From Candidatus Limnocylindrales bacterium (GTDB lineage: Bacteria > Patescibacteriota > Microgenomatia > Levybacterales > UBA12049), in contig DATLDE010000012.1 of the NCBI GenBank assembly GCA_035526025.1, forward strand, positions 20,222-84,221: DNA of 64,000 nt. The letters are read 5' to 3'. The notes below the pieces were generated by a model. That model was not told where the DNA came from. It saw nothing but the letters and a program-made list of their open reading frames with translations, and ran no database searches. The first letter of the stretch is position 1, and every line of letters starts with the position of its first letter. Below are positions 9,099 through 17,416 of the stretch, in pieces. The position numbers and the translations under genes were made by a program.

Positions 9099-10607
9099 CT
9101 ATTTTAAATAGTTTTTATTCTTAACTTTTATCCAACACAAGCCGATTACAAATGCAAATAAGAGTTGACCTTGTTGGAGCGTCAGCCAGTAGTGATCAAA
9201 TATCCCAATTATTAAAATTGCAGAAAGAACTATTAACAAAGTGCTTCTGACTTCTGACTTCTGACTTCTGACTTTGTAAAAGGTTTTTGTTAAAAACCAT
9301 ATAAAAAGTCCCAGCCCGATAAGTCCTGTCTCTGCTGCTACGAGCAAAAATATATTATGAACCGGCTGAAGATAAGTGGAGGTGGTTAAAGGTTTCTGGA
9401 TCTCAGCAAGGCTTGGGAGAAATTGACCAAGCCCAACACCAATTAGGGGAGACTTCCCAATCATCTTAACTGAGGAATCTATAAGGGTTGTTCTTTGAAC
9501 AATCGCCTCATCATTTGTTTTTATATTTGTGAACCTTGATCCAATCGGACTGAATATAAAAATACTAATTATTCCGGATATAAAAATTAAGACCACAGCC
9601 ATCTTAATCTTGAATCTATCCTTTTTTAAGTTCCAAAACGCATCGTGCTCAATTCTACCGTACAGCTGAGCTTCTTCGTCCTTCTCCAGAGGAGGGATTA
9701 GGCGTGAAATCCAAAACCAAATTAAAACTACCATCCACGCTACAATCGCAATTCTGCTCATCGTAAGAAATAAAGCAATTGTGCCAAGCGCAAGTGTTGT
9801 TGCTTGAATTAAGAAGGAAGAATTAAGAATTATGAGATTAATCATTCGCTGGACAAGACTTGCTTCTTGCTTCTTGCTTCCTGCTTCTTTTTTTAACTTT
9901 TGAAACTTCAGTGAAAACAATACCAAGATCATCGCAACCAGCAGATAACCAGCCAAAACGTTTGGATGGGGGAGGGTACCATATGCTCTTAGCACAAGCT
10001 CCCCATTCAACGACGCATTCGCAATTCCTGGTGTGCCTGAATTAAAAGATCTCTCGCCCAAAAAATATAATAGGCGCCCAATTGATCCTTTATTCAAAAA
10101 TTGCGTTATCGCAATTACAGACTCAGTGATTGCCCCAAAGCTTAATGCAAAAATAATTTTTTGGAAAATATTTTTACTTACTATAAATTTGGCGCTGTAG
10201 TACGCTACAAAGGCCATTTCTAGCAATTTGAACAAACTGTAAAGACTTCCTAGTCTTCTTCCAGAAATTAGAATATTAATGACCAGAAACACAACGATAA
10301 ACATAAGGAATAAAAACAACTTAGATTTTTTTAAGTTTTTAGTTTTAAGCTTTAAGTTTGCTCTTGAACCTTTTCCAAATGCCCTAGGTAACCACAATAC
10401 AAAAATAAACAACACGAGAAGGTCGGTAAGATATACGGTGGGGGAGAGATAATCAATTCTGATGCCCCGTACATATGCAAAATCCGGCCAGAAGTGTTTG
10501 CCTAGCTGAGTTGGGATTAAAAAGACTAAGGAGTAAAAAAGAAATGATTCTATTCGAGAAGCTATTGTTGAATCTGGAATTAGAGGTTTGTAATTTTTAA
10601 TTTTCAA
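9099..10607 (-). CDS. O-antigen ligase/polymerase-like polytopic membrane protein (Wzy_C-like); start codon uncertain (TTG)
   Basis: 502 aa with ~12 TM helices and a central large loop, typical of O-antigen ligase-like proteins. The first in-frame start after the stop is TTG. Contains three 7-nt x4 tandem repeat tracts in K-rich loops. Confidence 0.45.
   Translation of the reverse strand: MKIKNYKPLIPDSTIASRIESFLFYSLVFLIPTQLGKHFWPDFAYVRGIRIDYLSPTVYLTDLLVLFIFVLWLPRAFGKGSRANLKLKTKNLKKSKLFLFLMFIVVFLVINILISGRRLGSLYSLFKLLEMAFVAYYSAKFIVSKNIFQKIIFALSFGAITESVIAITQFLNKGSIGRLLYFLGERSFNSGTPGIANASLNGELVLRAYGTLPHPNVLAGYLLVAMILVLFSLKFQKLKKEAGSKKQEASLVQRMINLIILNSSFLIQATTLALGTIALFLTMSRIAIVAWMVVLIWFWISRLIPPLEKDEEAQLYGRIEHDAFWNLKKDRFKIKMAVVLIFISGIISIFIFSPIGSRFTNIKTNDEAIVQRTTLIDSSVKMIGKSPLIGVGLGQFLPSLAEIQKPLTTSTYLQPVHNIFLLVAAETGLIGLGLFIWFLTKTFYKVRSQKSEVRSTLLIVLSAILIIGIFDHYWLTLQQGQLLFAFVIGLCWIKVKNKNYLK
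9244..9274. repeat. Heptanucleotide tandem repeat (CTTCTGA)x4 inside coding sequence (coding sense AAGTCAG x4)
   Basis: Four perfect units read directly from the sequence at 9244-9271. They encode KVRSQKSEVRS in a loop of the membrane protein. Confidence 0.9.
9861..9888. repeat. Heptanucleotide tandem repeat (TGCTTCT)x4, one variant unit, inside coding sequence
   Basis: Read directly from the sequence; encodes KKEAGSKKQEAS. Confidence 0.9.
10329..10356. repeat. Degenerate heptanucleotide tandem repeat (TTTTAAG-like)x4 inside coding sequence
   Basis: Units ttttaag / tttttag / ttttaag / ctttaag; encodes NLKLKTKNLKK. Confidence 0.8.
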
Positions 10608-10698
10608 TTTAAAATTTGAAATGAATATTCAATGTTTTAAATTTAAATTTTCAAGTATTTAAAGTTCAATGAAAATTGAAAATTTCGAATTGAAAATT
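10608..10698. repeat. AT-rich intergenic repeat region (TTGAAAAT/ATTTTCAA direct and inverted repeats)
   Basis: aattttcaatttaaaatttgaaat ... gaaaattgaaaatttcgaattgaaaatttt shows repeated ttgaaaatt motifs in both orientations between jag and the downstream membrane protein gene. Confidence 0.7.
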
Positions 10699-11172
10699 TT
10701 AAGCCTTTGGTTTGATAATAAGTACCCTGTCCCGTCCCGATCCTGCTGATTCAGATGTTACTTCTTCGTCATCTTGGAGTATCATGTGAACTATTCTTCT
10801 CTCCCATGACTTAAGAGATTCTACCACCTGCTCGCTATTTTCTGTCAGTGCTTTCTCACGCATTTGAGCTGCAAGTTTTTCCAGATACTCAGTTCTGTTT
10901 TTCTTATACCCATCAACTTCTATCGAAACTCGTATGAATTCGCCTAATTTTTTGGCAATAATAAGGGAGATGATGAGCTGAAGAGATTCAAGCCCTTCAC
11001 CATGATATCCGATAACCATACCGCTGTCTTTTGTGTCCATAAGGATGTCGAGGGTGTTTTCCTCATTCTGGGTAACTTCAAACGTACCTGTGATTTCAAG
11101 GAGCGAGAAAAGCTTTTCTGTAATTTCCTCAACCTTTTTTAGATCTTTTGCTGTTAGTTTTCCGTCCTTCAT
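10699..11172 (-). CDS. jag: Jag/KhpB-like KH + R3H domain RNA-binding protein (SpoIIIJ-associated protein)
   Basis: 157 aa, ends with an R3H-like region (VIGYHGEGLESLQLIISLI). It lies immediately downstream of yidC, as in the conserved yidC-jag arrangement. Confidence 0.75.
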   Translation of the reverse strand: MKDGKLTAKDLKKVEEITEKLFSLLEITGTFEVTQNEENTLDILMDTKDSGMVIGYHGEGLESLQLIISLIIAKKLGEFIRVSIEVDGYKKNRTEYLEKLAAQMREKALTENSEQVVESLKSWERRIVHMILQDDEEVTSESAGSGRDRVLIIKPKA

Positions 11173-11173
11173 A

Positions 11174-11983
11174 TTATTTTATTCCATCTCTCAGACTGCC
11201 CCAGCCACTGATTCTGTATTGCTGTATAATACCAAAAATTGTGAAAGTATTCCAGTACAAGGATAAACCGATAGGGAATCCAAATGAAAATACACCAATC
11301 ATGATTGGTAAAATATATAGCGTTTGGGACTGGAATGTGCTTGCAAAATCCATTTTTTTCTCTTCTTGTTTTGCAGGAAGATTGGTCTTCTTAGATTTCT
11401 CTTCTGGTGTTTTTGGAACTGCCATCATCTTTGATTGAATGAACTGAGACGCACCTGTAAGAACAGGTACCAGGATTATTGCAAACCCAACCACAGGTAG
11501 TAACTCACGCGGAGTCTTTCCAAGAGGCAAACCAAAAAAATTCTTATCCCACAGTTGCGAGATCTTTAATGAGTCTGTGTAGAGAAGCTTATTGATTTCT
11601 TCTATAGATTTTAAGTTCACAGCCTTCTGAAGAACTCCATAAAGTCCGAAAAAGATAGGGAGCTGAAGAAGAGCTGGAAGACATCCTGCTGCAGGATTTA
11701 GATTGTGCTCTTTGTAAAGAGCCATGGTAGCTGCTTGTTGTCCCTTCATGTCTCCCTTATGTTTTTCTTTAATTTTATTTAGATGAGGTGCAATGTCCTG
11801 CATCTTTTTTTGTGTTTTCATCTGAGAAGCTGTTAATGGATAAAGAAGTAAACGTATAGCTGCTGTAAGAGCAATTATTGAAAATCCCAAAGCATAGGGC
11901 ACATTGACTGAAACCAATCCCTGATAAATCGCAACAAGCGCGTTGGTAATGGGTTGTTGAACTAAAATTGTAAAAATATTCAT
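11174..11983 (-). CDS. yidC: YidC/Oxa1 family membrane protein insertase (short form)
   Basis: 269 aa with 5 TM, conserved YidC core, and a K-rich C-tail. Found in rnpA-yidD-yidC synteny. Confidence 0.85.
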   Translation of the reverse strand: MNIFTILVQQPITNALVAIYQGLVSVNVPYALGFSIIALTAAIRLLLYPLTASQMKTQKKMQDIAPHLNKIKEKHKGDMKGQQAATMALYKEHNLNPAAGCLPALLQLPIFFGLYGVLQKAVNLKSIEEINKLLYTDSLKISQLWDKNFFGLPLGKTPRELLPVVGFAIILVPVLTGASQFIQSKMMAVPKTPEEKSKKTNLPAKQEEKKMDFASTFQSQTLYILPIMIGVFSFGFPIGLSLYWNTFTIFGIIQQYRISGWGSLRDGIK

Positions 11984-12207
11984 ATACTGTATTTAAATTT
12001 GTTTAATTTCAAGGGCTGGCAGGAAATTATGCGCTTCAATGACAAAAAAACTCCCTTTGCGCTTCCTTGTTTTTTAATTACTGAAAGTGCATAGTCAGAA
12101 CAGGTTGGGGAATAACGGCAAAAACTTTTTACTCCAAATACTTGTTTTAATGCAGGAGAGATAAATAATTTATATATTAAGATTAATTTCAATAATAGAT
12201 ATTTCAT
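11980..12207 (-). CDS. yidD: Membrane protein insertion efficiency factor YidD
   Basis: 75 aa; ISPALKQVFGVKSFCRYSPTCSDYA matches the YidD signature (CRFxPTCSxY). Confidence 0.85.
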   Translation of the reverse strand: MKYLLLKLILIYKLFISPALKQVFGVKSFCRYSPTCSDYALSVIKKQGSAKGVFLSLKRIISCQPLKLNKFKYSI

Positions 12208-12533
12208 GTTAAAAGCTTTTTTTCAGTCAGAAGCTTGTGTAAATCTTTGAAGATTATCTCCCGCTTTTTTTCTATTATACCTTTTTCCAAGACAAAAAGC
12301 ATGTCATAACCCAATTTTATTTCATTAATCATTTCTTCTATGCATGACCTAAACACCCGCCTGGTCCTATTTCTGACAACTGCCCTTTTGTCCAGCGCTT
12401 TACGCACAACAAATCCAAAGCGAGATACTGGCAGATCATTTGGGGAGATTCTGATAGTAAAATCCGGAGTTTTAAAAAACGATGAGTTCCTGAATTTCTG
12501 CTTTGCGGGTAAACGATGGACTTTTTGTAACAT
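12204..12533 (-). CDS. rnpA: Ribonuclease P protein component
   Basis: 109 aa basic protein between rpmH and yidD; N-terminal LPAKQKFRNSSFFK is typical of RnpA. Confidence 0.7.
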   Translation of the reverse strand: MLQKVHRLPAKQKFRNSSFFKTPDFTIRISPNDLPVSRFGFVVRKALDKRAVVRNRTRRVFRSCIEEMINEIKLGYDMLFVLEKGIIEKKREIIFKDLHKLLTEKKLLT

Positions 12534-12544
12534 GAAGGAGTTTT

Positions 12545-12679
12545 TTATGCTGAAAGCTTCTTGCGTCCCGTTGCGCGTCTTCTTTTTAAGACTTTTCTTC
12601 CACCGTGGCTTTTCATCAATACTAGAAATCCATGTTTTCTTTTTCTCTTAACCTTTTTGATCTTCGTCATTCTTTCCAT
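12545..12679 (-). CDS. rpmH: 50S ribosomal protein L34 (missed by ORF track, <60 aa)
   Basis: Manual minus-strand translation gives [44 protein letters not shown] with stop TAA at 12545-12547. It matches the L34 consensus (KRKRxHGF ... GRKxLxRRRxKGRKxL). An alternative start ATG lies at 12670. Confidence 0.8.
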   Translation of the reverse strand: MERMTKIKKVKRKRKHGFLVLMKSHGGRKVLKRRRATGRKKLSA

Positions 12680-12790
12680 GAAGGTGAGTATACCATAACA
12701 ATTGACAGTTCACAATTAACAACTTGGGCATTAATTAAGGAGATATATTGTTAAAGGTTAAAAGTTAAATGTCAATTGCTAAACTGCCTC

Positions 12791-12820
12791 TTGACAAAGA
12801 GTTATCCACATTACTACACT
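12791..12820 (+). promoter_or_regulatory. dnaA promoter (TTGACA -35) with a consensus DnaA box TTATCCACA in the spacer (autoregulation site)
   Basis: TTGACA at 12791-12796, TTATCCACA at 12802-12810, TACACT -10-like at 12815-12820; dnaA ATG at 12854. Confidence 0.5.
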
Positions 12821-12853
12821 GGTAAACCTCGCCCGTATTTCTGCTTTTGCATT

Positions 12854-14218
12854 ATGGACATTCATTTAACTACTGTCTGGAACAGCGTATTGGCTGACAT
12901 AAAACCTCAGGTTTCTGATGGTAAATTTGGCACACTTCTTAAGCCAACGGAGTTATTGTCCTTAACTGATGGACTGGCGACTATAAGTGCGCCTTCTCCA
13001 ATAATTATCAATATGTTGAGGGAAAGATTTTTGCCTGAAATCAAAATACTGCTTGAGAAACACTCCAAGATAAAAGATATTTCTATTGTTTTTGTTCCCA
13101 GTGCCTATCAAAAAAAATCTAAAAATACTTCTACAGAGGAGCCTCCGCTTCTGTCAATTGACTCTGAACCAATTGCAAAAGCTCAAACCTCAATTGGTCA
13201 TTTGCCAAGAGTAAGGGCGGATTTTACATTTGAGAACTTTGCTGTATCAGGAAGTAACCAACTGGCTTTTGTGTCAAGCACGACGGTCGCCAAAAACCCT
13301 GGAAAATCGTATAATCCGCTTTTTATCTATGGCCCTGTTGGAGTTGGTAAAACCCATCTTATGAATGCAATAGCCAATGAGGTCTATTCCAATAATCCAA
13401 ATAGGAAAATTATTTATATAACAAGTGAGGAGTTCACAAATGAGGTGGTGGACGCGATCAGACACAATGAAACAGCCCAAATGAAACGACGTTTCCGTTC
13501 AGCACAACTTCTTCTAATAGACGATATACAATTTATAGAGGGTAAGGAAAAGGTTCAGGAAGAGCTTTTTCACACTTTTAATATCTTAATTGATGGTGAA
13601 TCACAAATTGTTCTTTCATCAGACAGGCCGCCTCATGAAATAAAAAAGCTTGAAAAAAGATTATCTTCTCGTTTTGCGGGGGGATTAAGCGTTGATGTTG
13701 GGCCACCTGATTTTGAACTTAAAACTGCAATTATTTTGATAAAAGCGAAAAAATATGGTCATGAAATCCCAATGGATGTAGCAAAGCTCTTGGCTGATAA
13801 CGCACAGGATACGCGTTCGCTTGAAGGACTTTTGCTCAGAATTATAACCCTCTCTACAACAACGGATAAAGAAATTACTTTGGAAATGGCTGAAAGAGCG
13901 ATAGGGGGTGTAACCCAGGAAAGAAGCAAGCATATTCACCCAGATGATGTTATCAATTATGTCTGTGAGTACTACAGAATAAAAACAACACAACTTAAAG
14001 GTCCAAAAAGAGATGCAGCACTTGTAAAAGCCCGGCATGTTGCAATGTACATATTGAAAAACAATCTCAAGCTTACTTTAAAAGATATCGGGGGTTTACT
14101 AGGAGGAAGGGACCACACAACAATTATGCATGGTGTGGAAAAAGTCGAGAAAAGTGTGAATAACAAGGGTGAGATCGTCGAGGATATAATGGGGATTACT
14201 AAATTATTAAGTGGATAA
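12854..14218 (+). CDS. dnaA: Chromosomal replication initiator protein DnaA
   Basis: Start placed at MDIHLTTVWNSVL (typical DnaA N-terminus) rather than the upstream ORF-track start. Carries Walker A GPVGVGKTHL, sensor LLIDDIQF, and the C-terminal DNA-binding helix DHTTIMHGVEKVE. Confidence 0.93.
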   Translation: MDIHLTTVWNSVLADIKPQVSDGKFGTLLKPTELLSLTDGLATISAPSPIIINMLRERFLPEIKILLEKHSKIKDISIVFVPSAYQKKSKNTSTEEPPLLSIDSEPIAKAQTSIGHLPRVRADFTFENFAVSGSNQLAFVSSTTVAKNPGKSYNPLFIYGPVGVGKTHLMNAIANEVYSNNPNRKIIYITSEEFTNEVVDAIRHNETAQMKRRFRSAQLLLIDDIQFIEGKEKVQEELFHTFNILIDGESQIVLSSDRPPHEIKKLEKRLSSRFAGGLSVDVGPPDFELKTAIILIKAKKYGHEIPMDVAKLLADNAQDTRSLEGLLLRIITLSTTTDKEITLEMAERAIGGVTQERSKHIHPDDVINYVCEYYRIKTTQLKGPKRDAALVKARHVAMYILKNNLKLTLKDIGGLLGGRDHTTIMHGVEKVEKSVNNKGEIVEDIMGITKLLSG

Positions 14219-14368
14219 GATCATGATAAAAAAGACATTTAATTTAATCAACATACTGTACCCATTTTTATCAACTTGTTATCCACATATTTCTAAGGTT
14301 AGATTTTCGTGTTTTATTGCTTTTCTCCACTTTTCCCGATACACTACAACAACAACTAAAATTAATAT
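14219..14368. other. Candidate oriC segment: AT-rich dnaA-dnaN intergenic region with DnaA boxes
   Basis: TTATCCACA at 14279-14287, TTATCAACT at 14267-14275, a degenerate box near 14330, and an AT-rich flank, in the classic dnaA-dnaN location. Confidence 0.4.
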
Positions 14369-15475
14369 ATGAAGATAAATATATTAACAATAAACATCCA
14401 GAATAAACTTTCTTTTATTAACCACGCAATATCTCTCAAGAGCCAAATACCTATTCTTCTTAATGTACTTCTTGAAACACAAGATGGAAGTTTAAAAATC
14501 AGCAGTACAGATCTAGAAATAGGAATTGAGGTTTTTGTGCCGGCAACAATTGAAGAAGAGGGGAGTATTACTGTTCCTGCAAAGACATTCATAGAATTAA
14601 TTAGTTCTATTTCAGAGGAAACAATAACACTTGAAACAGACAAAGAAACACTTACAGTTAAAAGTAAAAAAACAAAAAGTCTTTTCCAAACCATAAAAAG
14701 CGATGAATTCCCTAAGTTATATAAAGAAAAAGGAGAGAAATTAGTAACACTCCAGGAAGAAGAGATTCAGAAGGATTTTTCAAGTGTTATATTTGCAGCG
14801 GCTACTGATACAACAAGGCCTGCATTATCTGGAGTTTTGGTAAAAAACGAAGAATCAGGTTTTTTACTAGTGGCAACTGATGGTTATAGACTTTCTCTAA
14901 AACACCATAAAACTCTCAGTAAAAGCACAGCGTCTAATAATATTATTGTCCCGGCAAGAGTTTTTAAAGAATTGATGTCAATCAAAGAAGAAAGTCATGA
15001 TATCGAAGTTTTTACTTCAGTAGAGAGTAGTCAAGTGATATTTTCCCAAGGCAAAACAACTCTTATTGGAAGACTTATTGAGGGAGCATTTCCAAATTAC
15101 GAAAAGATCATACCAACTGATTTTTCAACCAGTGCAGAATTTGACCGCGAAGAAATGCAGAAAGCAGTTAAGATATGCTCCATTTTTGCAAGAGATAGTG
15201 CCAATATAATAAAGCTTTCTTTGAAAAAGGATCATATAGTCGTTTCGTCTCAATCACCATCTATAGGGGAGAACACAGTGACAGTGGAAGGGATATTAAA
15301 AGGTGAAGAAAATGAAATCGCATTCAATGCTCGTTATCTTCAGGATTTATTATCAGGATTATCAAATAATGAGATGGTTTTTGAGATGACAGGACCCCTT
15401 AACCCAGGAGTTTTTAAGATAAAGGATGATATATCATATCTTCATTTGATAATGCCGGTCAGGGTTCAAGGCTGA
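14369..15475 (+). CDS. dnaN: DNA polymerase III beta sliding clamp
   Basis: 368 aa with three-domain clamp architecture, conserved N-terminus MKINIL...LETQDGSLKISSTDLEIGIE, and C-terminal ...MPVRVQG ending at TGA. Confidence 0.9.
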   Translation: MKINILTINIQNKLSFINHAISLKSQIPILLNVLLETQDGSLKISSTDLEIGIEVFVPATIEEEGSITVPAKTFIELISSISEETITLETDKETLTVKSKKTKSLFQTIKSDEFPKLYKEKGEKLVTLQEEEIQKDFSSVIFAAATDTTRPALSGVLVKNEESGFLLVATDGYRLSLKHHKTLSKSTASNNIIVPARVFKELMSIKEESHDIEVFTSVESSQVIFSQGKTTLIGRLIEGAFPNYEKIIPTDFSTSAEFDREEMQKAVKICSIFARDSANIIKLSLKKDHIVVSSQSPSIGENTVTVEGILKGEENEIAFNARYLQDLLSGLSNNEMVFEMTGPLNPGVFKIKDDISYLHLIMPVRVQG

Positions 15476-16080
15476 GCAGGGATATCTTCACCATACTTTT
15501 TCACATACTCCTCAACTTTCATAGGTGAGAAAAGATGATATTCTAAAACCTCATCCCTGCTAGGTTTTGCTATAAAGGCAATACCTAACTCCGGATAAAT
15601 ATATGTTTGAGCTTCAGGGCCATAAAAAATGGAACCTTTAAAAATCCACTTCGCTGGGCCATAACTATCAGTGTAATCTGTTATTTTAACAGGATATCCT
15701 GGACTAATTACAGATCTTTGAAATTGTACATCATGTGTATTCTTTGCATAAATTATATTTGGTCGGGTAGGAACCTTGGACACAAAAGTATATTTAATTG
15801 TTTTGTCTGGAAGAATTTCTTTACTTTGTATACTGGGCATTTCATCCAAAGACTCTTCAATACTTTCTGGTCTGTCCTCGGAAAGTGTTTTATTTGGTAT
15901 AACAAAAGGAGGAGAGTTTTTAGGGGAAGTAGATGGGGTGGGTAGATTCTGTTTTTCTGTGCCTGTGGGACTAAAGATATATGTAAGTGTAGTAATTAAG
16001 AAAATTAAAGGAATAACTGGAATAATAATCCACCTAAATTTAATCAAGTTTTTTTTAAAATTACTAAAAAAAGAATTCAT
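15466..16080 (-). CDS. Hypothetical membrane-anchored, proline-rich protein (last gene of T4SS-like operon)
   Basis: 204 aa; N-terminal TM (IIIPVIPLIFLITTLTYIF), then a P/S-rich linker and a globular domain; no recognised motif. Confidence 0.35.
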   Translation of the reverse strand: MNSFFSNFKKNLIKFRWIIIPVIPLIFLITTLTYIFSPTGTEKQNLPTPSTSPKNSPPFVIPNKTLSEDRPESIEESLDEMPSIQSKEILPDKTIKYTFVSKVPTRPNIIYAKNTHDVQFQRSVISPGYPVKITDYTDSYGPAKWIFKGSIFYGPEAQTYIYPELGIAFIAKPSRDEVLEYHLFSPMKVEEYVKKYGEDIPAQP

Positions 16081-16084
16081 ATTA

Positions 16085-16816
16085 TCAACAACCAGGTTGC
16101 CAAACTGGTAAATAAGGATCTAGTTTTACATCAAGGTGGAAGTGATTCTCATGTCCCTTTTGCTGCATCATGACCATTCCTGATGACCTACCAGAGCCCT
16201 TAGGATCATTTACAAATTCAAGCACATCATTATTAACCGGCTGGTCATTGTACCAAATATTAACGACTTGATCTGTGGCTGCAAAAATCTGACCCAGCTC
16301 AACTGTCGCCGGGCGATTATAAGGACCAAAATTTCCAGTCATGTCTGCAACTCTATCCGCACCGTCTGTCGTTGCAACTAGATCAACAGCTCGTCCCCAT
16401 TTATGTGATGAGTGAGGAGGGTTAGGTCCGTTAAGATCATTTATAAATAAATAACCCCCCGAATGTTTTTGCTTCCATGTTTTTGCTACAGAATAAAGTA
16501 CTGTAATTAATTCCTTCGATCCATATAGGCAATCACCACTAGTGATTAATCTATATGATCCATCGTCAGATTCTGGCATTTTACAGTAACCATCATCACG
16601 GCAAGCAAGCCCGGGGGGAGTTATAAGCCCATTTGGCCCGATTGGGCCAACAGCTGTCTGGCATTCTGGTGGAAGGACTGGTTTTTGGTCACCTATATTG
16701 CCTATTTTTGTAATCACACAATTACTTTTTGCTGTTTGAGCATAAACAATGATGGGTAATACAAGAAAAATGAATAACGCACTAGATGCAATGTAGAAAT
16801 TAATCCTGATTTTCAT
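16085..16816 (-). CDS. Secreted LAS-family zinc metallopeptidase (peptidase M15 / VanY-like D-Ala-D-Ala carboxypeptidase fold), putative cell-wall hydrolase
   Basis: Signal peptide, then HSSHKWGRAVDL (SxHxxGxAxD motif) and ENHFHLDV (HxH motif), characteristic of M15/LAS peptidases. Confidence 0.6.
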   Translation of the reverse strand: MKIRINFYIASSALFIFLVLPIIVYAQTAKSNCVITKIGNIGDQKPVLPPECQTAVGPIGPNGLITPPGLACRDDGYCKMPESDDGSYRLITSGDCLYGSKELITVLYSVAKTWKQKHSGGYLFINDLNGPNPPHSSHKWGRAVDLVATTDGADRVADMTGNFGPYNRPATVELGQIFAATDQVVNIWYNDQPVNNDVLEFVNDPKGSGRSSGMVMMQQKGHENHFHLDVKLDPYLPVWQPGC

Positions 16817-16837
16817 AAATTTATTTAAGTATAAAGC

Positions 16838-17404
16838 CTAACATCCCTCAGCCAAAGGACTAAAAGTATAGTTCTTATCCCTTAATTGACCCAATACATT
16901 TCGGCTTAAATAAAACACCACTGGGAGATCACAAATTCCCTGTTGGCTTAAGCCTTGTGACTTTAACCACGCAGTGGCATCTGCTTTTGCCTGAGCGATA
17001 TCAACAGTAATGATCTCAGCCTGAAACTGATCTGCAGCATTTGTGTAATCAATAATAATTGTTGGAGATCTGTAGAGAACGCCCGAAACTTGTCCTGCTG
17101 GGAGAAGTGACAATAACTTTTCTCTAGCTTCTGTATCGTTTTGTGATAGGGTAGTTTTGTTATTTAGCTTATCCAGCATCTTGCGCGCTGAGTCCTGGTC
17201 ATATTGTATGGGAGGGTTGGTTTTTGCTTCAATTGGTAGGGGTGTTGGCTCAATGGAGGTGGCAGATTCAGGGATGGGGGTAGGAGTAGCTATTTCTTCC
17301 GTCTTTTCTCTTGGAGAAAGCGCAAAGAAAATAACAGCAACCGTAATTATTATTAATATAATTGCAAAAATAACAATGATTACACGTTCTTTTTTAATTG
17401 TCAT
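16838..17404 (-). CDS. Hypothetical bitopic membrane protein (position and size compatible with a VirB8/PrgL-like T4SS component)
   Basis: 188 aa with an N-terminal TM and ~150-aa extracytoplasmic domain, immediately downstream of the VirB1-like hydrolase. The VirB8-like assignment is inference from gene order only. Confidence 0.3.
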   Translation of the reverse strand: MTIKKERVIIVIFAIILIIITVAVIFFALSPREKTEEIATPTPIPESATSIEPTPLPIEAKTNPPIQYDQDSARKMLDKLNNKTTLSQNDTEAREKLLSLLPAGQVSGVLYRSPTIIIDYTNAADQFQAEIITVDIAQAKADATAWLKSQGLSQQGICDLPVVFYLSRNVLGQLRDKNYTFSPLAEGC

Positions 17405-17416
17405 ACTAGTAATACT

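Noticed and set aside
10681-10698. tRNA T-arm-like string ttcgaatt
   Set aside because: It is embedded in the AT-rich TTGAAAAT repeat block, with no acceptor stem, anticodon arm or GC-rich structure. No tRNA hallmark (GGTTCGAATCC-type) was found anywhere in the window.
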